Source: an uncultured Actinomycetota bacterium (GTDB taxonomy: Bacteria > Actinomycetota > Actinomycetes > Propionibacteriales > Nocardioidaceae). Taken from it: 64,000 bases of DNA. The notes beneath the pieces are model-generated. The model searched no databases. It had not been told where the DNA came from and saw only the letters and a program-made list of their open reading frames with translations. This document shows, piece by piece, positions 1 to 9,274 of this stretch (its first letter is position 1; each line of letters opens with the position of its first letter). The position numbers were made by a program, and so were the translations under genes. The stretch is from NCBI GenBank assembly GCA_963780275.1, contig CAWABE010000003.1, positions 124,958 through 188,957 on the forward strand, given 5' to 3'.

Positions 1-938
1 GCGCCGGGCGCGATGCTTCGGTGGCCACCGGCCACGGTGATGCCGTCGTCGAACAGGTCGACGACACGGGGGTCGACGTACGAGCCGCGTGCGACGGTGG
101 CGGTGTTGCCGAGATGGTCGGCGACTTCGCGCATGGCCGCAGCGATGGATCGCTTGCGCGCGGTCTTGTTCGACGCGTCGGACATCGAGAGCGCGTGTGC
201 GGCGATGACCGTCCCTCGCCAGGTGCGGAAGTCCTTGGCGGTGAACTCCTCGCCGAGTCGGTCCTTGACGTAGTCGTTGACGTCCTCGGCGTTCAGGTCG
301 CGCCACTGCCGGCCGTTCTTGTACGCGAGCAGGCGATTGCCGCCACCGCGTCGGCGCAACAGCGCGTCGAGCACCGCGGCCACCCGGTCGTCGCGGACGG
401 TGACCTCGACCTCCTGCCCGGACTTCGCCGGATAGCTGAACGTCAGGCCGCGGCCATTGCGGGTGACGTGATTCTTCTCGATCGTGGTGAGGCCGTAGCT
501 CTCGTTCACCTCGGTGTAGCGCTCCGACCCGATGCGGAACATGCCGAGGTCGAGCAACGAGAATGCGGCCGCCGCCACCGTGACCAGCTCCATCTCGCCG
601 CCGAGATCGCGCCGGGTGGTGCCGCGGTGCCGGATCAGCGACCGCGCGAACCGCTCCATGTGGAGGAACTTCTCCGCATCGCGACGGGTGCGCCATGCGG
701 GGTGGTAGAGGTACTGACGCCGGCCGGCATCGTCGGTGCCCAACGCCTGCAGGTGCCCGTTCTCGATCGGACAGATCCACACCTCGGTCCAGGCCGGCGG
801 GATCACCAGCTGCCTGCACCGCTCGATGTCGACGGCGGTGAGTGGGGCTCCGTCCTCATCGAGGTAGCGGAAGCCGCGCCCGTGACGCACGCGCGACCAG
901 CCCGGCATGCTCGCCGACACGCGGCGCAGTCGCACCAT
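1..938 (-). CDS. DNA topoisomerase IB (bacterial, poxvirus-like); runs off the left edge
   Basis: Manual translation from ATG at 938: MVRLRRVSASMPGWSRVRHGRGFRY..., GRRQYLYHPAW, FSYPAKSGQE, FTAKDFRTW, GNTATVARGSYVDP (catalytic Tyr motif). Absent from the ORF track because no stop falls inside the window. Confidence 0.92.
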   Translation of the reverse strand, partial: MVRLRRVSASMPGWSRVRHGRGFRYLDEDGAPLTAVDIERCRQLVIPPAWTEVWICPIENGHLQALGTDDAGRRQYLYHPAWRTRRDAEKFLHMERFARSLIRHRGTTRRDLGGEMELVTVAAAAFSLLDLGMFRIGSERYTEVNESYGLTTIEKNHVTRNGRGLTFSYPAKSGQEVEVTVRDDRVAAVLDALLRRRGGGNRLLAYKNGRQWRDLNAEDVNDYVKDRLGEEFTAKDFRTWRGTVIAAHALSMSDASNKTARKRSIAAAMREVADHLGNTATVARGSYVDPRVVDLFDDGITVAGGHRSIAPG

Positions 939-1012
939 GCGCGAAGCCTACGGTGCGTCGCGTGTCGGCGCCGGTTCTCGTGATGATGTGCGGTCTCCGC
1001 GGACTGGGCGCC

Positions 1013-1693
1013 TCAGGTCGACGTTCGGGTCTCGGGCTGAACCGACCGTGCAAGGCCGTCCAGGATCACGTCCAGTCCGTACTCGAACTCCTTGCCGTAG
1101 TCGTAGCCCGGCCTCATGACGTGCTCGGTCGTGAACTCGATGAGGTGTGGGTAGTCGTCGGGGGAGTACTGCGCCATCATCTGCTCGGCCACCTCGGGGA
1201 CGGGCTCAGGGCCGTTGATGGGCAGCGACGCCTCGGACAGGGCGAACCCGTACACGTATGCGTCGATCAGGGCATACGCATGCGCGGTCATCACCACGGA
1301 GAAGCCGGCTGCCCGCAGGGCCCCGATGACCGCGTCGTGGTGATGCAGCGTGGCCGGTCCGGGGTTGGTGCGCGACTCGAGGAGGCCGATCGCCCACGGG
1401 TGGCGGCGCAGTGCTTCGCGGGCTGAGCCGGCACGCCGTCGCATCTCCTCGCGCCAGTCGCCCCCCGGCTCGGGGAGCTCGATCTCGCTGAAGACGATGT
1501 CGACGATGCCGTCGAGGATCTCCTCCTTGTTCGCGACGTGGTGGTAGACCGACATCGGCTTCACGCCGAGCTCGGTGGCCAACGAGCGGATCGTCAGGGC
1601 CGCGATCCCGCCCGCGTCGGCCACCGCGACGGCGCCGCGCAGCACTCGTTCCCGGCTGAGCGGGGCGCGGCCGCTGCTGTCTGGTGAGGCCAT
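1013..1693 (-). CDS. TetR/AcrR family regulator with TetR_C-type C-terminal domain
   Basis: N-terminal HTH LSRERVLRGAVAVADAGGIAALTIRSLATELGVKPMSVYHHV; C-terminal FEYGLDVILDGL. Start placed at MASPD. Confidence 0.9.
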   Translation of the reverse strand: MASPDSSGRAPLSRERVLRGAVAVADAGGIAALTIRSLATELGVKPMSVYHHVANKEEILDGIVDIVFSEIELPEPGGDWREEMRRRAGSAREALRRHPWAIGLLESRTNPGPATLHHHDAVIGALRAAGFSVVMTAHAYALIDAYVYGFALSEASLPINGPEPVPEVAEQMMAQYSPDDYPHLIEFTTEHVMRPGYDYGKEFEYGLDVILDGLARSVQPETRTST

Positions 1694-1732
1694 CTGTAGT
1701 CCTCCGTGGTTCCTTCGGGCCATTTGGCATTT

Positions 1733-1769
1733 CGTACTTTGTACGGTAGCGTAACCGTACTTAGTACGG
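1733..1769. promoter_or_regulatory. Two palindromic operators in the divergent TetR/dehydrogenase promoter
   Basis: CGTAC-TTT-GTACG (1733-1745) and CCGTAC-TTA-GTACGG (1755-1769). Binding by the adjacent TetR is inferred. Confidence 0.65.
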
Positions 1770-1797
1770 CGACTCACCCGACACGAACGGATCGACC

Positions 1798-2829
1798 ATG
1801 AAGAAGACCATCACCTCGATCGAGGCAGACCCATCAACGGCGGCGGGCGGAATGATGCAGGCCATCGTCCAGGACTCGTACGGCACCGCCGACGTCTTCC
1901 GTCACGAGCGGACCCACCGACCCGAGATCGCCGACGACGAGGTGCTCGTGCGGGTGCACGCCGCGGGTCTCGATCGCGGGACGTGGCACCTGATGGCCGG
2001 CAAGCCCTATCTCATTCGCGTCATGGGCTTCGGGTTCCGCCGGCCGAAGAACCGGGTGCCGGGCCTGGACGTGGCCGGCACGGTCGTCGCCATCGGTTCG
2101 GCGGTCACCCGGTTCTCCGTGGGTGACGAGGTGTACGGCATCGCCCGCGGGTCGTTCGCCGAGTACGCAGCGGCGCCAGAGAAGAAGCTCGCCATCAAGC
2201 CGGCGAACCTGTCCTTCGAGCAGGCGGCCGTCGTTCCCGTGTCGGCGAGCACTGCCCTTCAAGCGCTCGATGCCGGCCGGATCCAGACCGGCCAGAAGGT
2301 GCTCGTGCTCGGTGCGTCCGGGGGAGTCGGCACCTTCGCGGTGCAGCTCGCCAAGGCCTTCGGCACGGAAGTCACCGGGACCGGCAGCACCGCGAAGCTC
2401 GATCTCGTTCGGGCCCTCGGCGCCGATCACGTGATCGACCACACCCGCGACGACTTCGCCGACGGAGCTCAGCGGTTCGACCTGATCCTCGACATCGGCG
2501 GCAACCCCACGCTCTCCCGACTGCGTCGCGCCCTCACGTCCACCGGGACGGCTGTCATCGTCGGCGGTGAGCAAGGCGGAGTCGTCACCGGCGGGTTCGG
2601 CCGGAGCCTGCGGGCACCGCTGGTATCACCGTTCGTGCGCCAGCGTCTGGCGATGCTGGTGTCGATCGAGGACGGCCGGTTCCTCGAACGGCTCACGCCA
2701 CTCATCGAGGCCGGCCGGGTGACGCCGAGCATCGATCGGACCTACCCACTCGATCAGGTGGCCGACGCCATGCGTCACCTGGAGGCCGGCCGCGTACGCG
2801 GCAAGGTCTCCGTCACCATCTCGCCGTAA
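1798..2829 (+). CDS. NAD(P)-dependent alcohol dehydrogenase / quinone oxidoreductase-like protein (MDR family)
   Basis: VPGLDVAGTV, GASGGVGTFAVQLAK, GKVSVTI motifs. Confidence 0.88.
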   Translation: MKKTITSIEADPSTAAGGMMQAIVQDSYGTADVFRHERTHRPEIADDEVLVRVHAAGLDRGTWHLMAGKPYLIRVMGFGFRRPKNRVPGLDVAGTVVAIGSAVTRFSVGDEVYGIARGSFAEYAAAPEKKLAIKPANLSFEQAAVVPVSASTALQALDAGRIQTGQKVLVLGASGGVGTFAVQLAKAFGTEVTGTGSTAKLDLVRALGADHVIDHTRDDFADGAQRFDLILDIGGNPTLSRLRRALTSTGTAVIVGGEQGGVVTGGFGRSLRAPLVSPFVRQRLAMLVSIEDGRFLERLTPLIEAGRVTPSIDRTYPLDQVADAMRHLEAGRVRGKVSVTISP

Positions 2830-2935
2830 CTCGCTCGCCAACCGACACCCGCATCGTGGCGTTCAGTGGCGCTTCAGTGCGGCCGGAGGATGCTGACGAT
2901 GAGCCGACGGGATGTGTGGGGGAAGGTGGTCGATC

Positions 2936-3706
2936 ATGCACACGGCACGCATGGTGGTGGCGGGGCTGGTCGCGCTGACAGTGGGCGCCTGCGGATCGGA
3001 GTCGTCCAGCGACGCGTGCTTCGACGAGGGGAAGAGCTTCGAGGGCGAGGCGCGGCTCTACATCGAGCACAACGCCACCGACCGGGACACCGGGTTCCAC
3101 GGCATGTTCGACCAGGAGGGCCTGTCCGAGGGCTGCATCGTCACACCGGACGGCACCGAGGTCATGTTCGTCAACCCGACCGGGAAGCTCGACGGCCTGG
3201 GCATCAACCAGTTCTTCTTCGAGTCCCGTGAACCCCCGAACGACGAGTACTCCATCGCCGACCTCAAGAGGGATTTTCCCGAGGGTGAGTACCGCATCAG
3301 CGGCTTCGACTACCGAGGCGAGAGGCGGGTGGGATCAGCGGAGTTCTCACACGCGATTCCCGCCCAGCCGACGATCGTCTCGCCGAAGGTCGTGCCCGAG
3401 GAGGAGGCTGAGTCGAACCTGCTCCGGCCGCGTGGGGTCACCGTGAGATGGAAGCCGGTCGAGACGACGATCGACGACGAGCCGGTCACCATCACGGGCT
3501 ACGAGGTCATCGTCACGAAGGAAGAGCATGACGACCCGCACGGCCTCTCCCGGCCGGAGTACGACGTGCACGTCCCACCCGACATGACCGAGCTGACGGT
3601 TCCGGAGGAGTTCCTCCAGCCGGACACTGTCTATGAGCTCGAGGTGCTCGCCCTCGAGCAGAGCGGCAACCAGACCATCACGGTCGGATTCTTCACGACC
3701 CGCTGA
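2936..3706 (+). CDS. Putative lipoprotein, acidic, with beta-rich fibronectin type III-like C-terminus
   Basis: Signal peptide with lipobox VALTVGA-C; C-terminal WKPV...ITGYEVIV...YELEVLA..GNQTIT pattern. Confidence 0.6.
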   Translation: MHTARMVVAGLVALTVGACGSESSSDACFDEGKSFEGEARLYIEHNATDRDTGFHGMFDQEGLSEGCIVTPDGTEVMFVNPTGKLDGLGINQFFFESREPPNDEYSIADLKRDFPEGEYRISGFDYRGERRVGSAEFSHAIPAQPTIVSPKVVPEEEAESNLLRPRGVTVRWKPVETTIDDEPVTITGYEVIVTKEEHDDPHGLSRPEYDVHVPPDMTELTVPEEFLQPDTVYELEVLALEQSGNQTITVGFFTTR

Positions 3707-4589
3707 CGGGCGCCTGCCCGTCCAGCCAGGACCGGATGGTGGGGACGACCAGGTCCGGAGTACGCACCCACCGGAAGTGGTCCGTCCCGGAAAGGCCGCG
3801 TGCGCTCGGATCGGCGTGCACACGCGTCAGCGTGAGTGACGGCATCGTCGCCACCAGCCCGTCGACCGCGCGAGCCGGTGCCAGGGAATCGCCTTCGATG
3901 GACACGACGAGCGCCGGAAGAGCGAGCCGGCGCAGCGCTTGCTGGTGATCGGTCCTCGGCCTGCCGAAGCGCAGGCTCCCGGTGCGCGCGAACCGGGCCC
4001 AGTCAGCCATCACCCCGCGCGCCTCACGCCCGCCGAAGCCGAGGCGTGTCCCTGGGTGGTGGCCGATCAGATGCGCCAGCAGCGCGACTCCCTGAGTCAG
4101 GATCAGGTGCTTGACGGACCACAGTCGCCAGTGGATGGATCCCGCCGCCACCATGATCAGGCCGGACACCCTCTCGGCGTGGTGCGCCGCGTAGACGCTG
4201 GAGACGTGCGCACCCAGGCTGTGGCCCAGGAGACAGATGGGCGAATCCGGCGATATCCGGCCCAGATGGTCGACAGCAGCCGCGACGTCGTCGACGAGGT
4301 CCGCATACCCGAAGTTGTATCGCCACCCCGGCAACCGTCCACCCGAGGTCTCGTGGCCGCGCAGCTCCATGACGCTCGCTCCCAGCCCGCTGGCGGCCAG
4401 GTCCGAGATCAGCTTGTCGTAGTACCCGGCCGGCATTCCCATGGCGGGCACGACCAGCACCGTCGCGCGTCCGGGGGAAGGTGCGCGCACCAGGGTGATG
4501 GAGAAGCGTGTTCGTTCTGCACGGGTGAGGGTGAACGTCTCCGGCTGAATCGTCACGCGATGGCCCGCGGACGGGAAGGACTGCGTCAT
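3693..4589 (-). CDS. Alpha/beta fold hydrolase
   Basis: VPAMG oxyanion region, GHSLGA nucleophile motif, C-terminal DHFRWVR. Confidence 0.85.
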   Translation of the reverse strand: MTQSFPSAGHRVTIQPETFTLTRAERTRFSITLVRAPSPGRATVLVVPAMGMPAGYYDKLISDLAASGLGASVMELRGHETSGGRLPGWRYNFGYADLVDDVAAAVDHLGRISPDSPICLLGHSLGAHVSSVYAAHHAERVSGLIMVAAGSIHWRLWSVKHLILTQGVALLAHLIGHHPGTRLGFGGREARGVMADWARFARTGSLRFGRPRTDHQQALRRLALPALVVSIEGDSLAPARAVDGLVATMPSLTLTRVHADPSARGLSGTDHFRWVRTPDLVVPTIRSWLDGQAPVSGS

Positions 4590-4689
4590 GTCGGTCTCCT
4601 CGGTCGAACCACCGACGTCCAGCCTGACCCTGGCGGTGCCTGGTGTCGATGACCTGTGAGGTCATGACGGTGCTTGCCAGGTATGCGCA

Positions 4690-4712
4690 GAAGGCGTCTG
4701 ACCTGCGCCTTC
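4690..4712. terminator. Hairpin immediately 3' of tRNA-Arg
   Basis: GAAGGCG...CGCCTTC inverted repeat enclosing TCTGACCTG. Confidence 0.45.
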
Positions 4713-4715
4713 GAG

Positions 4716-4791
4716 TGGTGCCCCCGGCAGGATTCGAACCTGCGGCACTCGGTTTAGGAAACCGATGCTCTATCCCCTGAGCTACGGGGGC
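4716..4791 (-). tRNA. tRNA-Arg (anticodon CCT), CCA encoded
   Basis: Reverse complement GCCCCCGTAGCTCAGGGGATAGAGCATCGGTTTCCTAAACCGAGTGCCGCAGGTTCGAATCCTGCCGGGGGCACCA folds as a full cloverleaf; anticodon loop TTCCTAA. Confidence 0.97.
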
Positions 4792-4806
4792 GCACCAGCG
4801 GTGATG

Positions 4807-5112
4807 TTACCGGTGGCTCCCGTCCGTCGAGCCATTCAGGACGGCCTCGCGCTCGGCGATCTCGGCCACGGCCTTGGCCCGCTTCGCGAGGATCTCGGTG
4901 TAGGTGACGACGAGCGTGGCGTGGTACTCCGCTGCCGCCGGATCCTCGGTGATCGCGGCGGCTTCGCGGTTGATCTCGGCGAGCACCAGCTCGGGTAGCG
5001 CATCACCGCACTTGGCCCAGGCGTAGTCCTGGGCTTGCTTGGCCTCGCTCACCGGCTTCCGCGCTGGGTGGGCGGCGCTCCCGGTGACCTTCGGCGGGGC
5101 GTGTGTGCTCAT
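4807..5112 (-). CDS. Small hypothetical protein (about 101 aa)
   Basis: Ala/Glu-rich, helical-looking ORF with normal composition, ending 16 nt before tRNA-Arg. No recognised motif. Confidence 0.6.
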   Translation of the reverse strand: MSTHAPPKVTGSAAHPARKPVSEAKQAQDYAWAKCGDALPELVLAEINREAAAITEDPAAAEYHATLVVTYTEILAKRAKAVAEIAEREAVLNGSTDGSHR

Positions 5113-5156
5113 CGCTTGGCCCTCGTCCACGTCTCGATCGTAGAGCGCCCCTGTCG

Positions 5157-6107
5157 TCAGGCGATGGGGAGACCGAACGCTTTGGCCATGTCGGGCGCGT
5201 TCCTGCCCTTGTTCATCGGCTCGGTCTTGCCGATGTCGGCGAGCAGACGGTGCAACGAGTACAGCGTGAGCGGCCGGGTGACCACGTTGCTCTTCTGGCT
5301 GGGATGGATGACGGCCGTGAGGATCCTGTTGCCCTCGTTGTGGTCGTCCTCGTCGGCGGTGACGATGATCAGCAGCCGGCCGGTCTTCCAGTCCGGCCCG
5401 GACATGGCCACCTCGACCCGGTCGGCGATCCAGTCGTCGGCGGTCGGGATGGAGCAGTCGTGGGAGTTGTGGCAGTTGTCCGGGATGAGCATCCCGACGG
5501 TCGCGAGGTCACCCGCGGCGACGTCACCGGCGAACTCGCCGGCGTCGACGACGAACTTCTCGCACAGGTCGCGCTCGTTGACGTAGTAGGTCCAGGGAAC
5601 GTGGCGCGGGACGTACTTGCCGTAGTTGTTCGGCCGGCAGTTCCGCGAGCCCATGCTGTCGGCCCAGATCTTCGCTGTTCCGCCCGCCTTGACCGTGTTG
5701 CCGAACACCGAGGGCTGCCGCAGCCGGATCGACCGGGGGAAGTCGTTCCTCCTCACGCCCAGCGTGCTCCCCGACGCCATCACGATGTAGTTGGGCAGCG
5801 ATGGATGCACGATCGCCCGGAAGTCCGTCGCATATCCGTACTCCTCGGCGAGAGCCCAGATGCGCGGAGCCCGGGCCTTTATCTGGCTGTACGACTTGTT
5901 CTCCACCACCACCACGAGCACCTTGTCGATGCCCGTGGCCACCGACGGGAAGTCCAGCGGTGACTCGGACTCGGTCGGCGTCGGGCTCGGAGCGTCGATG
6001 CTCGAGGGCGGCGGCGCGGGTTTCGGCGCCTTGACCGTCGGCTGGTCGCCACCGCACGCGGACAGCAGCGCGAGGGACAGTGTGGCGACAGCGAGACGTG
6101 CGCGCAT
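5157..6107 (-). CDS. Phosphoesterase / alkaline-phosphatase-family lipoprotein
   Basis: Lipobox LLSA-C; VVVVENKSY, HPSLPNYI, RHVPW, NCHNSHDC, TADEDD motifs. Confidence 0.85.
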   Translation of the reverse strand: MRARLAVATLSLALLSACGGDQPTVKAPKPAPPPSSIDAPSPTPTESESPLDFPSVATGIDKVLVVVVENKSYSQIKARAPRIWALAEEYGYATDFRAIVHPSLPNYIVMASGSTLGVRRNDFPRSIRLRQPSVFGNTVKAGGTAKIWADSMGSRNCRPNNYGKYVPRHVPWTYYVNERDLCEKFVVDAGEFAGDVAAGDLATVGMLIPDNCHNSHDCSIPTADDWIADRVEVAMSGPDWKTGRLLIIVTADEDDHNEGNRILTAVIHPSQKSNVVTRPLTLYSLHRLLADIGKTEPMNKGRNAPDMAKAFGLPIA

Positions 6108-6315
6108 GAGGGTCCTTCGGGCGACGGTGCCGAGTCCGGACATCATCTCAGGATTGCCCCTCTGCCCAGTGGCGTATGAGGGAATTCGGCTCGCCCAAGA
6201 CGCTCGGCATGATCGGCACGTGGCATGCGCGATCGGGAGTCGACGTTGCTACCCTGTCGAGACGTCCGGGGGGCCACACCTCGTCGCCCGGATCCAGATC
6301 ACATCGGAGTGATAC

Positions 6316-7212
6316 GTGAAGGTTCTCCTGATCGGGGCCAGCGGAGTCATGGGTCGTTCGACGATCCCGGCTCTCCACGACGCCGGCCACACGGTGCTCG
6401 GACTGGCCCGGTCCCCCAAAGCGGCCGCCGTGGTCGCTGGCTGTGGAGCCGAACCGGTTATGGCCGACCTCTTCGACGCCGGCGCGCTGGTGAGGGCGAT
6501 GCGCGGCTGCGACGCCGTCATCAACTTCGCCACACACGCGCCCGTCGGGTTCACCATCTTGGTTCCCGGCGCCTGGCGTGCCAACGACCGCATCCGGAGT
6601 CACGGGGTCGGCATCGTCGCCGCCGCCGCTCGGGAAGCCGGGATCGGCCGGCTCGTGCAGCAGAGCCTCAGCTTCGTCTACGCAGACCATGGGGACGACT
6701 GGATCGACGAGCACAGCGCCATCGAGCTCACCCGCGCGTCCGAGCACGTCGTCGTCGCCGAGGGCGAGGTCGACGACTTCACCCGCGCGGGTGGCGTCGG
6801 CGTCTCCCTCCGGTTCGGCCAGATCGCCGGTCAGGACCCCAACACCGCGTGGCTGCTCCGCCGGGCGCGGGCCGGTCGCCCGACCGGCATCGGCGAGCCC
6901 GACTCGTGGACGCACGTGGTGCACGCCGACGACGTCGGCACGGCCGCCGCCGCGGCTCTCACGGCGCCCGCGGGCGCCTACAACGTCGGTGCCGAACCGG
7001 TGAAGCGCGGCGACATGGCCGACACGTTCGCGCTCGCGATGGGGCGCGAGGATGGCCGGTTCTTCTCTCGCGCGATGATGCGGCTCGGGGGTCAGCGCAT
7101 CGAGATGGTCTCGCGATCGCAGCGCGTCAGCTCGCAGCGATTCTGCGACCGCACGGGCTGGCATCCGCAGTATCCCAAGCTGACCCCGGACTGGTTCGAC
7201 GATGTCGTCTGA
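6316..7212 (+). CDS. NAD-dependent epimerase/dehydratase family protein
   Basis: GASGVMG Rossmann motif; HVVHADDVG; AYNVG. Confidence 0.88.
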   Translation: MKVLLIGASGVMGRSTIPALHDAGHTVLGLARSPKAAAVVAGCGAEPVMADLFDAGALVRAMRGCDAVINFATHAPVGFTILVPGAWRANDRIRSHGVGIVAAAAREAGIGRLVQQSLSFVYADHGDDWIDEHSAIELTRASEHVVVAEGEVDDFTRAGGVGVSLRFGQIAGQDPNTAWLLRRARAGRPTGIGEPDSWTHVVHADDVGTAAAAALTAPAGAYNVGAEPVKRGDMADTFALAMGREDGRFFSRAMMRLGGQRIEMVSRSQRVSSQRFCDRTGWHPQYPKLTPDWFDDVV

Positions 7213-7390
7213 CGACCGTCCCGGTCCGGATGGGGCCGAGCGAAAGCGCCGCCGGCGCGCCGAACGGATGCTCGGGGACCTCCTGCCCGACACGACGGGC
7301 GACGAGACCGACGAGGGCTGGAGCGAGACGGACGGCGACTCGCGCGACGACGAGCTGCATCGCGATGTTCCGCCCCACCACGGCGGGTAG
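7202..7390 (+). CDS. Small conserved actinobacterial hypothetical protein (62 aa)
   Basis: GDLLPDTT.DE...W and C-terminal VPPHHGG, a pattern I recognise next to mscL in actinobacteria. Confidence 0.7.
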   Translation: MSSDDRPGPDGAERKRRRRAERMLGDLLPDTTGDETDEGWSETDGDSRDDELHRDVPPHHGG

Positions 7391-7395
7391 TCGTC

Positions 7396-7782
7396 TCAGA
7401 GCGGTCGACGCTTCAGCTCGTCACGGATCTCCCGCAGCAGCGCGATGTCCTCCGGCGCTGCCTCGGGCTCGTCGGCGGCACCCCGGCGCAACCCTTGCAG
7501 CTTCTGCACCGGCACCACGATGGCGACGTAGATGACGGCCATCGTCACGACGAAGACGATCACCGCGTTGATGAGAGCGCCGATGTTGACGAACGTCGCT
7601 TCATTGGTGATCTCGAAGCCGAAGCCCCGTGAACTGTCGCCGCCCGCGACGGCGACGATCGGGTTGACGAAGTAGGTGCCGAAGGCTCCGACCAGCGTCG
7701 TGAACGCGACGCCGATGGCGATGCCGACGGCGAGGTCGACGACGTTTCCCCGCATCAGAAAGTCCTTGAAACCCTTGATCAT
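7396..7782 (-). CDS. mscL: Large-conductance mechanosensitive channel
   Basis: MIKGFKDFLMRGNVVDLAVG...LLREIRDEL. Confidence 0.97.
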   Translation of the reverse strand: MIKGFKDFLMRGNVVDLAVGIAIGVAFTTLVGAFGTYFVNPIVAVAGGDSSRGFGFEITNEATFVNIGALINAVIVFVVTMAVIYVAIVVPVQKLQGLRRGAADEPEAAPEDIALLREIRDELKRRPL

Positions 7783-7832
7783 GGTGCCCCCAGGCAAGAC
7801 GACGCTGTGACCCGATCATGATGGCAGGGCGG

Positions 7833-8432
7833 CTACGACCGCGAGGTCAGCACGCTCAGCCGCGCGTCGAGTGCCCGCTCGGCCAGTCGGAGCGCGGCCT
7901 CCTCGGTGGTCGCCACGCCGACCGACACGCCTCCGGACGAGCCGTCGGGACGTGGCAGGGTGACGATCTCGGCGGCTCGCGCGACCACGGCGGTCTCGGA
8001 TCCGCCCTCCGGGTCGACGGCCACCACGTCGACCCGGTCGCCGACTCCCAGGCTCGACAGCGCGTCGGCATCAGCGAGACGGATGGTGGCCAGCACCGTG
8101 CCGTCGGGGAAGCCGCTCATGCGGTCGGCGCGGACGACGCGGCGATCCGTGACGACCTCGCCCCGGCGCATGGGCCCGGCGATGGTGCGTCCGACCACGT
8201 GGTCGACCCGATCGGTGCTCTCGGCCGGCACCGCCGGCTCGGGCAGCTGGACACGCCGGACGTCGTCGGCCGCGAGCACGGTGCCGCTGTCGAGGTCATG
8301 GGCGGCGACGACCACCCGGCGGCCCGGCGGCTCGGACCGGACAGCACCGAGGGCGAGCAGCACGGCGAGACCGGCGAACAGGGCGGCGAGCGGACGGCGG
8401 TGGCGCAGCAGCAGGCGCGAGATTCTCTCCAC
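7833..8432 (-). CDS. SAF-domain (CpaB-like) protein
   Basis: VVVAAHDLDSGTVLAADDV, GRTIAGPMRRGEVVT, GDRVDVV; sits beside mscL and FmdB as in other actinobacteria. Confidence 0.82.
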   Translation of the reverse strand: MERISRLLLRHRRPLAALFAGLAVLLALGAVRSEPPGRRVVVAAHDLDSGTVLAADDVRRVQLPEPAVPAESTDRVDHVVGRTIAGPMRRGEVVTDRRVVRADRMSGFPDGTVLATIRLADADALSSLGVGDRVDVVAVDPEGGSETAVVARAAEIVTLPRPDGSSGGVSVGVATTEEAALRLAERALDARLSVLTSRS

Positions 8433-8482
8433 GCCCGGAGGCTAGGACGGGAGGACGGATGCCCGCCCCGCTCGATCCACAG

Positions 8483-8884
8483 TCAGGAGAGCTGATGCTC
8501 CGCCAGCCAGGCCGCGGCGGCCCGTTTGCCGGCTCGTGCCAGCCACGCGTCGTAGATGGTCTCGGCCAGCTCGTCGCGGTCGAGCTCGCCGATCCGGCTG
8601 CCCCGCAGCAGCACGGAGGGATGCCCGGCGAAGTGCGGAGTCGTGAAGAACGGCGTCGACTCATCGAGCACGAGCGCCTGCTTCTCCTCCTCCGACGCGA
8701 CCCAGAAGACGATCACGTCGTCGTAGCGCTCGCCGGTGTCGGGGTCGACCGCGTCGGGTCGCGGTGTGCGGAAGAACACGAAGCTCCGACCGCTGACCTG
8801 GTAGACCCGCCCCTCCGCCGTGACCGCAGCTCCCGGCATGCCACGAGCGATCTCGTGGACGTCGTCGACGGTGGCGCGGGTCAT
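8483..8884 (-). CDS. MmcQ/YjbR family protein
   Basis: C-terminal part of the 770-aa track ORF, starting MTRATVDDV; FFTTPHFAGHPSVLLR, ELAETIYDAW. ATG overlaps the FmdB stop. Confidence 0.85.
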   Translation of the reverse strand: MTRATVDDVHEIARGMPGAAVTAEGRVYQVSGRSFVFFRTPRPDAVDPDTGERYDDVIVFWVASEEEKQALVLDESTPFFTTPHFAGHPSVLLRGSRIGELDRDELAETIYDAWLARAGKRAAAAWLAEHQLS

Positions 8885-9189
8885 CCGCCTGTCGGGGCCG
8901 GTGTGCTGGTCGTGGTCGGGCCGCTCGCGGAGGAGTCCGTCTTCGCGGGCTCGGCCTTCTTCGTGCCGTTGGTCGACGGCTCGCTCTTCGGGGCGTCCGA
9001 GGACGTCGACGAGGATCGGCTGTCGTTGCGGTAGAAACCGGAGCCCTTGAAGACGATGCCGACCGCGTTGAAGACCTTGCGGAGGCGTCCGGCGCACTCC
9101 GGGCACTCGGTCAGGGCGTCGTCGGAGAACGACTGGATGACCTCGAGTGCTGCACCGCATTGGGTGCACTGGTACTGGTACGTGGGCAC
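8881..9189 (-). CDS. FmdB family zinc-ribbon protein
   Basis: MPTYQYQCTQCG...CPECAGRLRKVF..VGIVFKGSGFYRND. Confidence 0.93.
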   Translation of the reverse strand: MPTYQYQCTQCGAALEVIQSFSDDALTECPECAGRLRKVFNAVGIVFKGSGFYRNDSRSSSTSSDAPKSEPSTNGTKKAEPAKTDSSASGPTTTSTPAPTGG

Positions 9190-9274
9190 GACGTTCTCCG
9201 CTCGTTCCGTAAGCCGCCCCCAAGGGTACAGTTGCGGTCATCGTGGCCGATCCCGTCCCTGCCGGACCAGTCTC

